A stretch of 64,000 nt of DNA from the NCBI GenBank assembly GCA_002269645.1, contig NIVC01000678.1, forward strand, positions 12,725-76,724, in the 5' to 3' direction. Shown piece by piece: positions 29,205 to 40,200 of this stretch; the stretch's first letter is position 1; each line of letters begins with the position of its first letter. The position numbers and the translations under genes were made by a program. The stretch is from Macrostomum lignano (lineage: Eukaryota). Below the pieces are notes generated by a model that had not been told where the DNA came from, searched no databases, and worked only from the letters and a program-made list of their open reading frames with translations.

Positions 29205-29707
29205 ATGCACATCAAGCCGTCATCAGCAGGCCTGGCCGCTCTGCACCTGGCTCTGCTGCTGCTGTACGTCAGCGCCGACAAGGTCGAATCCGTCAGAGAC
29301 GACAAGGCGGCTTCCGTAGAGGACAAAATCGACTCAGGTGAGTTCTGTAAACTCGTGCGCTGTGCTAATTCAGCTGCCAATCAGAACTTATCAGGTGAAG
29401 CTTGATCGCCCCAACAAACTGTCCCGCAGGCTTCGACATTCTGGTGCCGGTCTCCGAGCCGGAGCGGCGCAAAATCTGCAGCAAGTGCGCCGACTGCCTG
29501 ATGTGCGCCAGCGACGCCGCCGGCTTCGAAGACGGCATCGACGCGTTTCCAGTGGCAGCCGGCAGCAAGTTTGAAATCCACTGGACGGACAGCGACCCGG
29601 TGGCTGAGAACCGGCGAAAGCGCATCGTGGACCTGACAAGGCCGGCCAGGTACCACTGCGGCAAGTGCCCGACCTGCTACTGCTACTACAGAGCCTGGCG
29701 CGGCTGA
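29205..29707 (+). CDS. Small secreted cysteine-rich protein (~136 aa), two exons
   Basis: Exons 29205-29337 (G|GTGAG) and 29430-29707 (CGCAG|), both phase 1. Signal-like AGLAALHLALLLLYVSA. Motifs CSKCADCLMC and CGKCPTCYC. Confidence 0.75.
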
Positions 29708-30053
29708 GCAGTCGGGGCTTTGGACCGACCTGCAGTGAACCATCCGTGAAAATTGACTCAAATATCTATATAAGACGCAACTGTTACCGCTTCTGTACTT
29801 CCTATACAAAAGTTTCCAGGGAAATACACGCCTCAAGCATTAGCATCTTACTGAATCATTTATCGAATAGCCAGTGAGCAATTAACTACCTAGTTAATTA
29901 ATAAATTACTAATTTAGTTAAGAGGCGCGAGCGATATGCATGAACGATATCGTCCCACAACCACATCTGAGGCAACTCTGCCAATTCCGACTGTGATCTG
30001 CAGTTACCCAAACCTTCATCCAAGAATTAGAGCTCGTGCTACGATTTTCTTCA

Positions 30054-30431
30054 TCACAATGCCCCTGGCCCATGCAAGTCCAGACAATTAGTGACCAAAT
30101 TCTTGGCTAAGAAATGCGCATCACAAATCCAGGAGTAATGTACGTGGGTCTTCGGAAGCTGCAGTGGATAGAGGCCTTCACCGAGTATGTAGGAAGTGCC
30201 TGCTTCGGAATGGTCAAACTGCCTCAACAGGTAGTTTGAGCAAATGCTATCGTGCATAATTGTCTCCTCGTTTGGAGAGCAGTGTGGTACTTTGAAATAA
30301 TTGACCGTCAGTAGCCTATCAACAACTACGAGAGTTACGTTCGGTTCGTAGTAGAGACACTTGCAGAGAGTCGTGAAACTTGCTGCTTCGGGGCCACCGT
30401 ACACCCTGTGTGAGCGTGTGTACGAGTGCAT
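30054..30431 (-). mobile_element. Probable PIF/Harbinger (DDE_Tnp_4-like) transposase relic
   Basis: MHDSI....LLRQF....YILGEGLYPL resembles the Harbinger HDS..LLGD.GYPL motif; degraded. Confidence 0.45.
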
Positions 30432-30705
30432 GCCTGAGTACAGTATTGGAGCACTTGTGTGTGCGGAAATGGGCGGAGTTGCCGTCAGCTCTGGTTGTTA
30501 TTCTGTCCAAATCAGTTAATAAAAATCAATAACAACAAAGACAGAATAGCAATGAACAGTTTCATGAACTGCAGTTGATGCACACATTTTTATTTATTAT
30601 TTTTTTAATCCAGCAGGCCAATCCGTCAAACGCTTGCCGCAGAGCGGCTGCCAACACTTTTTTTAAAGTCATAAATCTGCCAGCGCGCTTTCATCTCCGC
30701 CGAGT

Positions 30706-31852
30706 TTAGCGCTTCCTGCGCATCCTCAGGAAGTTGTTCTTGCGCCAGAAGGCGTGCCGACTACCGCCAATGGTCTGGTGGAACCGGTGACCCTTGCCCA
30801 GTCCGCGGCTCTTCTTAGAAGAGCTGGTCAGGCCGCGCATCTCCCTGTGCTTGTGCTTGGCGGTGCAGATCCAGTTGATGCGCGGGTCGCGCCTGATGGC
30901 CTTGTGGTTGGGATCCACCAGGATCACCTCGTAGAACTTGTAGGTGGAGTCCTGCGCGATCCAGTAGGAGCCCAGCACGCGGAGGGCGCCGATCTTGCGG
31001 CCGATTCGCTCCTGGTGTGTGGGAATTGGTTTGGGCATTGAATTGCAGAATGGAAGCCGCTTATCAAATTCATTTATCCCTTTATCATCCCGCTTCAGTT
31101 GTAGCCTAGTGCCACCCCTCCCTGTTCTTTTGTCATAGAGTGCCGCCACCCCCTGTTCTTCAGCCATAGAGTGGCGCCACCTCCTGTTCTTCAGCCATAG
31201 AGTGGCGCCACCCCCTGTTCTTCAGCCATAGAGTGGCGCCACCTCCTGTTCTTCAGCCATAGAGTGGCGCCACCCCCTGTTCTTCAGCCATAGAGTGGCG
31301 CCACCTCCTGTTCTTCAGCCATAGAGTGGCGCCACCCCCTGTTCTTCAGCCATAAAGTGGCGCCACCCCCTGTTCTTCAGCCATAGAGTGGCGCCACCCC
31401 CTGTTCTTCAGCCATAGAGTAGCGCCACCCCCTGTTCTTCAGCCATAGAGTGGCGCCACCCCCTGTTCTTCAGCCATAGAGTGGCGCCACCCCCTGTTCT
31501 TCAGCCATAGAGTGCCCTTTCCCCGGTCACACGTGACCCTGACCTCGGCGATGGCCTGATGGCTGCGCTGGTTCTTCAACTGGTTGACACCCTCGTGCAC
31601 CGGCTTGCCATAGGTGGCGCCCTTGGGCACCGGGCGCTTGCGACCGCCGCGGCGGATGCGGATCCGGTAGATGACGAAGCCCTGCTTGGCCTTGTAGCCA
31701 AGGCGGCGGGCCCTGTCCGGCCGGGTGGGCTTGGTGGCCCGGTGGATCACGTGCCTCTGGCGCAGGTGCCAGCAGCGCAGGCGCAAAATGAAGCGCATCA
31801 CATCGGATTGCTTTTTGCGGTACAGCTCCGAGATGAACTTGTAGGCGCCCAT
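30706..31852 (-). CDS. RPL15: 60S ribosomal protein L15
   Basis: Exons 31852-31544 and 31011-30706, phase 0. [28 protein letters not shown]|[24 protein letters not shown]. Confidence 0.98.
31140..31515 (+). repeat. 31-bp minisatellite CTGTTCTTCAGCCATAGAGTGGCGCCACCCC in the RPL15 intron
   Basis: About 12 copies. Confidence 0.96.
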
Positions 31853-31884
31853 GACGGCTGGAAGTGCAGCGGGGAAAGTGTGAG

Positions 31885-32280
31885 GTCAAGAAATACTTTA
31901 GCGGAATTATAAGGGACATCTGAGGTCAAGTTCTATTTAGGTCACTTACTGGGGTCATCTGAGGTCAAGGTTCTTTTAGGTCACTACTGGGGTCATCTGA
32001 GGTCAAGTTCTATTAGGTCGCTTACTGGGGTCATCTGAGGTCAAGCTCTATTAGTTTATTTACTGGGGTCATCTGAGGTCAAGTTCTATTTAGGTCACTT
32101 GCTGGGGTTATATGAGGTCAAGTTCTATTAGGTCGCTTACTGGGGTCATCTGAGGTAAAGTTTTATTAGAAGTTTATTTACTGGGGTCATTTGAGGTCAA
32201 GTTTTATTAGAAGTTCATTTACTGGGGTCATTTGAGGTCAAGTTTTATCAGAAGTTTACTTACAAGTCATCTGAGGTGAA
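31885..32280 (+). repeat. ~38-bp degenerate minisatellite GGGGTCATCTGAGGTCAAGTTCTATTAGGTCGCTTACT upstream of the RPL15 ATG
   Basis: Direct reading. Probably in a 5'-UTR intron or outron, with acceptor TTCCAG|CCGTCATG. Confidence 0.9.
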
Positions 32281-32574
32281 ATTCTAAAAATGCTGACTGT
32301 GCTTAAATTTCATTATTTATTGCAAAGCAAATACTAATCGAGCAATCAATGCGTCATTAAATTTATTGATCAACAGTAAACATTTCTACAGCAGAATAAA
32401 TGTGAGCGATACAGCCCCGAATAAGCGAGTCAAAAACCAAAAATTGATTATAAGCCGAGGCATTTGATAACTACAATAACCACCTTGTGCTAAAGTAAAG
32501 GGAAGAAGAAATTTAAATAAGTGGGGATTCGTGGGTTGATGAAAGTTTTATTATTAAACTGACAACCAAAAACA

Positions 32575-33045
32575 GACTGTAAAAGGGAATTGCCAATAGG
32601 ACACGGTAAAAGGGAATTCCCATAGGACACGGTAAAAGGGAATTCCCAATCTAGGACACGGTAAAAGGGAATTCCCATAGGACACGGTAAAAGGGAATTC
32701 CCAATCTAGGACACGGTAAAAGGGAATTCCCATAGGACACGGTAAAAGGGAATTCCCATAGGACACGGTAAAAGGGAATTCCCAATAGGACACGGTGAAA
32801 AGGGAATTCTCAGTAGGACACAGTGAACAGGGAATTCCCAATAGAACACAATGAACAGAGAATTCCCAATAGGACACGGTGAAAAGGGAATTCTCAGTAG
32901 GACACAGTGAACAGGGAATTCCCAATAGAACACAATGAACAGAGAATTCCCAATAGGACACGGTGAATAGGAAATTCCGTATAGAACATAGTGAACAGGG
33001 AATTCCGGTAGAACACACTGAACATGGAATTCCCAATAGGACATC
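32575..33045 (+). repeat. 26-28-bp minisatellite AGGACACGGTAAAAGGGAATTCCCAT between CTU1 and RPL15
   Basis: Direct reading; palindromic GGGAATTCCC core. Confidence 0.92.
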
Positions 33046-33120
33046 TGGTGAGATAGCTATTCCCAAAATAGACTCTCAAAACACTAGAAGGCGATTCCAA
33101 AGAACAGATTTAAAAAGTCA

Positions 33121-35240
33121 TCAAGAATCCGCCGCCGCAGCGCATGCCGATCCCGAGCAGCCGCGCCTGGCGCCGGCGCTACCGCAGCATTGGGCGCGAT
33201 TACGCCCAGCATCAGTAAGCATTCGCTGCTGCTGTTGCTTAGCCGAACAAGCCGAGGATTTGCCAACAGCCAGCCGGGGATTGCCGGAGTTCAAGCCGTC
33301 CAGCAGCACGCAGGCTTTGCACACTGGCTGGCTGCTGACGTAGCCGCACAACCGGCAGGTGTCCAGCTCCGGCATTCGAGCATCGGTACGGAATCGAATC
33401 TGTTCAGCGGCCTGGATAATGTGCAGCAGAGCGGCCGGCCTGGCCCGCTCCAGATCCTTCACCAGAGCCCTGGCGTGGCCCCTGTAGGCAGCCGGGGCGT
33501 ACAGGCACTCGGTGGCGAAGTAGTCAAGCCGTTTGAAATAGGCGTAGAGCACGATCTCCTTCTCGTAGGCGTACTTTAACGGCTTGCAGCGGGCCGGCAG
33601 GCCGCCGCCCGTGTGGGTGACGCCGTCGGCGCAGCGGGACAGCCTGGCCGCGTCGCCACGCAGGAGGTTCATCACGACGGTCTCGGCCACATCGTCAGCA
33701 TTGTGACCGGTGGCCAGTTTGTCAGCTTTAAGATGACCGGCGCCTCTGTCCAGGGCCTGGCGACGGAACACGCCGCAGAAGGTGCAATTGCTGCGCCGGC
33801 CAGCGGCCCGGACAACTTCGTCCATTGTCCAGCCGTACAGGTCGCGATAGGTGAAGATTGTGAGGGGCAGGCCGAGGCTGACCTGTACAATTTGATGGAA
33901 AAAGCCTGTTATACTACTTGATAATAAACAGCGTAAGTAGCTTTCTAATTTTATTTAACTTTTGATTCAATCCATAAGCTAAATTGTGAAGTTGATACCT
34001 GGACTTTAAAAGGTATTACCTGGGTTTCACAGGTGATACCTGGGTTGGACAGGTGATCCCTGGGTTTCACAGGCGATACCTGGGTTTCACAGGCGATACC
34101 TGGGTTTCACAGGTGACACCTGGATTTCAAAAGTGACACCTGGATTTCAAATGTGATACCTGGATTTCAAAAGTGACACCTGGATTTCAAATGTGACACC
34201 TGGATTTCAAAAGTGACACCTGGATTTCAAAAGTGACACCTGGATTTCAAAGGTGACACCTGGATTTCAAAGGTGACACCTGGATTTGAAATATGACACC
34301 TGGATTTCAAATGTGATACCTGGATTTCAAAGGTGACACCTGGATTTCAAAAGTGATTTCAAAAGTGATACCTGGATTTCAAAAGTGACACCTGGATTTC
34401 AAAGGTGACACATTGATTTCAAAGGTGATACCTGGATTTCAAAGGTGACACATTGAGTTCAAAGGTGATACCTGGATTTCAAATGTGACACATTGATTTC
34501 AAAGGTGATACCTGGATTTCAAAGGTGACACATTGAGTTCAAAGGTGATACCTGGATTTCAAATGTGACACATTGATTTCAAAGGTGATACCTGGATTTC
34601 AAAGGTGACACCTGGATTTCAAAAGTGATATCAAAAGTGATACCTGGATTTCAAAAGTGACACCTGGATTTCAAAGGTTACACCTGGATTTCAAAGGTGA
34701 TACCTGGATTTCAAAGGTGATACCTGGATTTCAAAGGTGATACCTGGATTTCAAAAGTGACACCTGGATTTTAAAAGTGACACCTGGATTTCAAAGGTGA
34801 CACCTGGATTTCAAAGGTGACACCTGGATTTCAAAGGTGACACCTGAATTTGATACAAAATGCTACACTGAGTTAAAACGATGACAAACCTCTGTGCGCC
34901 TCAGAGCGTCCAGAGAATCGTCCCGATAACCGGCAATGCCCTCATCAATAGCCAGCAGGCGCAGATCCAGCCCATAATTGTGCCTCTCATTTAGCGTCTT
35001 CAATAGGTAGGCCAGCACAGTGGAATCTTTGCCGCCGGATGCGCCAATAGCGACGCGTTCGCCGGGCGAGAACATCCGGCTGGAGACGATCGTGTCGTGA
35101 GTTTCAGCTTCGAATGCCCAGAAGAAGCAGTCGCGGCAGACTGCGTGGCCGGTTTTTGGCCGACGAAGCTGCGGCTTCTTCTCGCAGAAACGGCACCTGC
35201 GCTGCGGCTGCCGCTGCGGTTCAGCCTGCGGTGAGGCGGC
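33121..35240 (-). CDS. CTU1: Cytoplasmic tRNA 2-thiolation protein 1
   Basis: Exons 35240-34890 and 33882-33121, phase 0. CRFC..CRDC zinc site, PP-loop [32 protein letters not shown]-terminal CRLC..CKAC. No genomic in-frame ATG upstream of the zinc site. Confidence 0.95.
34015..34850 (+). repeat. 20-bp minisatellite CACCTGGATTTCAAAGGTGA in the CTU1 intron
   Basis: Direct reading; CACCT/AGGTG hairpin-capable unit. Confidence 0.95.
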
Positions 35241-35264
35241 CTGCAGTTCCAGAATGAGATGGCA

Positions 35265-36335
35265 TTGATGAGGCTGATGCTGGGGTGTGATTGATGAGGT
35301 TGATGCTGAGGCATGTGATTGATGAGGCTGATGCTGGGGAGTGATTGATGAGGCTGATGCTGGGGAGTGATTGATGAGGCTAATGCTGGGTGTAGAATAG
35401 ATGAGGCTGGTGCGGGGGAGTGATTGATGAGGCTGATGCTGGGTGTAGAATTGATGAGGCTGATGCTGGGGTGTGATTGATGAGGCTGGTGCTGGGGAGT
35501 GATTGATGAGACTGATGCTGGGTTGTGATTGATGAGGCTGGTGCTGGGGTGTGATTGATGAGGCTGGTGCTGGGGTGTGATTGATGAGGCTGGTGCTGGG
35601 TGTGATTGATGAGGCTGATGCTAAAGGTGTGGGATTGATGAGGCTGATGCTGGGGTTGGGATTGATGAGGCTGATGATGCAACATGTGATTGATGAGGCT
35701 GACGCTGGGGCATGTGAATGATGAGGCTGATGCTAAAGGTGTCGGATTGATGAGGCTGATGCTAAAGGTGTCGGATTGATGAGGCTGATGCTGGGGTGTG
35801 GGATTGATGAGGCTGGTGCTGGGGTGTGATTGATGAGGCTGGTGCTGGGGTGTGATTGATGAGGCTGGTGCTGGGGTGTGATTGATGAGGCTGATGCTGG
35901 GGTGTGGGATTGATGAGGCTTATGCTGGGGCATGTAATTGATGATGCTGGGTGTAGGATTGATGAGGCTGATGCTGGGGTGTGGGATTGAAGAGGCTGAT
36001 GCTGGGGTGTGGGATTGGTGAGGCTGATGCTGGGGTGTGGGATTGATAAGGCTGATGCTAAAGGTGTCGGATTGATGAGGCTGATGCTAAAGGTGTCGGA
36101 TTGATGAGGCTGATGCTGGGGTGTGGGATTGATGAGGCTTATGCTGGGGCATGTAATTGATGATGCTGGGTGTAGGATTGATGAGGCTGATGCTGGGGTG
36201 TGGGATTGAAGAGGCTGATGCTGGGGTGTGGGATTGGTGAGGCTGATGCTGGGGTGTGGGATTGATAAGGCTGATGCTGGGGCATGTGATTGATGAGGCT
36301 GATGCTGGGATGGGATTGATGAGGCTGATGCTTGA
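35265..36335 (+). repeat. 26-28-bp minisatellite GATTGATGAGGCTGATGCTGGGGTGT upstream of the CTU1 acceptor
   Basis: Direct reading. Confidence 0.94.
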
Positions 36336-36714
36336 TGTTTAAGGTGCTTTACTTTGCAAAGGATAACCGAAACAAAAAGTTAGTCTTAAAACGAATATGA
36401 AGAAGTCACAATATAATTTGGTTAGCTAGCAAAAATATGCATAATATACTCAAACAGCATTATAAAGATAACAAATGTGCTGCTAAAACCGGACACAATG
36501 AAATATGAAATGCTGCAACAGCTGAAAATCTACACTGCGCCTTACTTGTAACTTTTTTAACACAAAGCAATAAGTTTGAATTTGCTGCAGAAAGATATAA
36601 GAACATTTAAAGGTGGAAAATATTGAACCTCAGACTGCAGCAATGGTTGTATTGCAAAAAGTTACGCTCATAATTCACAGGCTTTAGCAAAAAAACAGAC
36701 AAATTATACACATT

Positions 36715-37085
36715 GACCAATAGGAGCACGGCATGGATTCCTCAGTTCTCTTGACCAATAGGAGCATGGCATGGATTCCCCAGTTCTCTTGACCAATAGG
36801 AGCACGGCATGGATTCCTCAGTTCTCTTGACCAATAGGAGCACGGCATGGATTCCCCAGTTCTCTTGACCAATAGGAGCACGGCATGGATTCCCCAGTTC
36901 TCTTGACCAATAGGAGCACGGCATGGATTCCCCATTTCTCTTGACCAATAGGAGCACGGCATGGATTCCCCATTTCTCTTGACCAATAGGAGCACGGCAT
37001 GGATTCCCCAGTTCTCCTGAACAATAGGAGCACGGCATGGATTCCCCAGTTCTCCTGAACCAATAGGAACATGGCATGGATTCCC
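36715..37085 (+). repeat. 38-bp minisatellite TTGACCAATAGGAGCACGGCATGGATTCCCCAGTTCTC downstream of the POLRMT stop
   Basis: About 9-10 copies, each containing CCAAT. Confidence 0.95.
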
Positions 37086-37211
37086 CTAACAATTGTGAAC
37101 GTCAGAATGCGCTATACGCTTGAAACGGAAAGACGTAGCGCTTCTCAGGCACACAATAACAAATCTAGAAGATAGTAAGTTATCTGTACAAAAAATATTG
37201 CCACAAGCATC

Positions 37212-40200
37212 TCAGGAGAAGAAATACTCGGACCGCAACACCTCGGACAGATCGAAGTCGCCCTTGTCGGGAATCTGCAGAATTCGAGAATTAAATCGCT
37301 TAGCAGCCTGCAGCTTCTGGCCGCTGAGGCTGGCCAATTCTGACTGACGAAATGAGAACACGCGATCAATATGCGAGCTGAGATCGGCTAGGATTGGCTT
37401 GCTGTGCAGCTGGACAAACTGCTGCCTACAGATCCTGCCCATGGCGTCCACGTCGCACGGATGCGTCCAGAAGCAGTCGTGCACCGCGGCAAAAGTGACG
37501 CCAAACTTCTGGCACTCCAATGCCGTTAGCATCATATGACACGAGTCGAGCGAGTGCACAAAATTAGGCGGAAACGCGTTGGACTGTTTGACCGGATCGG
37601 GCGGATACGGCTGCACAATGGGCAGGCCTAGCGGAGTTCGCCATTGGATTGAAGCCTGCCTCAGCTTGGCCACGTCCTTGGCCAGATCGGTGAACCAGTG
37701 CTGAATGTGGGTGGCGCTAGTGAAAATCCTGCCAATGCTGGACAGGGTCAGTTTAGCCAAATAGGCTGCTGCCTTGTGCCGCATCTCGCTAGGGAACTCA
37801 GCGTCCTTCAGCCTGGCCAGGATCTGCTGTATGGCGCCGTACTCCGTGACGCCGTAGACTGTGGTCATCACCGACTGCTTGATTGTGCGCCTAACTACGT
37901 AGCCTTGAAGCGACTGGGCAACCGCGTGACCTTGAGCGGCATCGGCTACTCTGGTAGACTCTACCAGATCTACAACAGCCTGGTAGACATCTTGCGGCCG
38001 GTCAACCGCTCGCAGATTGACAGCCAGAGCGCCGGCCACATCCCGGCCCATTGCGGCGTAGTGTTGCAGTCCGTTGCAGCTGCCGTCCTGGTGCACAGGG
38101 AACGAACTCACGTAGCGTTCCGGCCCGTCTGGATGCCTGGCAGCGGCGAGGATCTCAGAGCACGTGGCCAGAGTCTGCCAGGGAGCTTCGTCGTTCTGCC
38201 ACCAGCCGCGCCCGGTCCAGGGCCGTTCGGCGCTGTCGATGATATCCGGCAGCAGCGAGTCGGCCATGTCTAGCCGTTCGGCGTTTGTCAATTTTTTGCC
38301 AAGATCCGCCACATTGATGGCGTGAATGCGGAGCCAGCGCCAGCCGCGCTCGCCCAGAGGCTTGGCATTGTTGAAGCGAAGCAGCGAGCGGGACAGATCG
38401 CAGCTCATGTGGTTCAGATGGGGTGGCATTGGGTAGGCCCGGCCTCTGCAAAAGTTAATTTTACTTTTCGATACATATTGGCTTTTTGTGCAGTTTTGTA
38501 TTTTTCGATACATATCGGCTTTTTTGTGCAGTTTTGTATTTTTCGATACATATCGGCTTTTTTGTGCAGTTTTGTATTTTTCGATACATATCGGCTTTTT
38601 TGTGCAGTTTTGTATTTTTCGTTACATATCGGCTTTATTTCTCAGCCAGACGGTTCTCGAAAAATTCAAAGACAGACAGACAGCGCAAAACATATAGATT
38701 ATACTACGCTCGTAATTATAATAATTAATATATTATTACTAACCGACTACTCACCGAAAGTCCATATTATGCGGCAAGTAGAACGGCCGGTCCTTCAGCC
38801 AATCGGCAATGGACAGCCGGTAAAGCTCCGTGCACCAGAGAGAATAGCGCTCCCTTTCAGCTTTGCGCTCGGCCGCTTTCTCCCGGCGTAGGGCGGCAAT
38901 GTCGGCCCTCGACGCGCCCGGAGCCGGAGGCGCCAGGCGCTCTACAGATCGGGGTCGGGCAGGCAGCGCCAGGTGCTCGGCGCCGCCAGAATTGAAGCGG
39001 TCAGTTATCAAGCGGAGCATGGCTCTGTCAACTCGCCAGGCGCAGGAGCTCACGGTCTGGTCGCGGTTGTTGGGGAGAATTCAATTGATAGGATTAGCGC
39101 GTGAAAAAAGAAACAGATAAAATGAAATATAGGACTGTTTGAGTGTGAATATGGGGATGCTTAAGGAATTTGCAGCAGTATTTAGAAGTATGCATTGTAT
39201 AGTAGTATAGGTTTCTGGGAAGAATCAAATTTAGTGGATTCTGAGTCTGAGATGATGCTGATTTAAAGGATTCGGGGATAATGCAGATTTAAAGGATTAT
39301 GAGATGCAAATTTAGAGGATTCTGAGTCTGAGATGATGCAGAATTAGAGGATTTTAGGATGACGCCGGTTTAGAGAATTCTGATATGATGCAGATTTAGA
39401 GAAGATTCTGGGATGATGCAAGCAGATTTAAAGGATTCTGGGATGATGCAAGCAGATTTAAAGGATTCTGGGATGATGCAGATTTAAAGGATTCTGGGAT
39501 AATGCAGATTTAAAGGATTCTGGGATAATGCAGATTTAAAGGATTCTGGGATGATGCAGATTTAAAGGATTCTGGGATGATGCAGATTTATAGGATTCTG
39601 GGATAATGCAGATTTAAAGGATTCTGGGATGATGCAGATTTATAGGATTCTGGGATAATGCAGATTTATAGGGTTCTGGGATGATGCAGATTTATAGGAT
39701 TCTGGGAGGATGCAAATCTAGAAGATTATGGAAAGATGTAGAACTAGATGATTTTGAAGAATTAAAACCAATATATACTAAAACAGACGAAGCCAAGAAG
39801 CCACAGATATTCTAATTGGCTAAAGAAGAAATCAAGTGACATGGAAAGCAAGAAAATAAGCTAACTCATACTCACATGCAGTGCCTCAAGAACAGTCGGG
39901 GGCGGCCCAGACAGTCGGATTTCGCTCATCTGGGCCAGGGCATATTGCCTTAGCAATTCCGTATTTAAGGTCATGTAGCGAGCTGGCCAAAAAGGCTTAG
40001 TCAGCATTGGCAGCTTGGATGGCTGGAACATCAGCTTGGTGGCATCCTGCGCCTGCTGAAATGCTTTAGCGACTGTCGGATGAGCCCGGATGTGCTGCAC
40101 GTTGCTATCGGGATCCAGAACTCCGTACGTGGCCGGCACGCCTCGATAAGTGAGCTGGGCCAGGTGATCGGTCAGGTATTTGCCTAATTCGATGCGCCAA

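Noticed and set aside
28898-29341. 147-aa ORF overlapping the secreted Cys-rich gene
   Set aside because: Different frame from the signal-peptide exon and no motif; kept only as possible 5' UTR.
35255-35270. ATG just upstream of the CTU1 acceptor as the start codon
   Set aside because: ATGCCATCT.. is out of frame with the CTU1 coding sequence.
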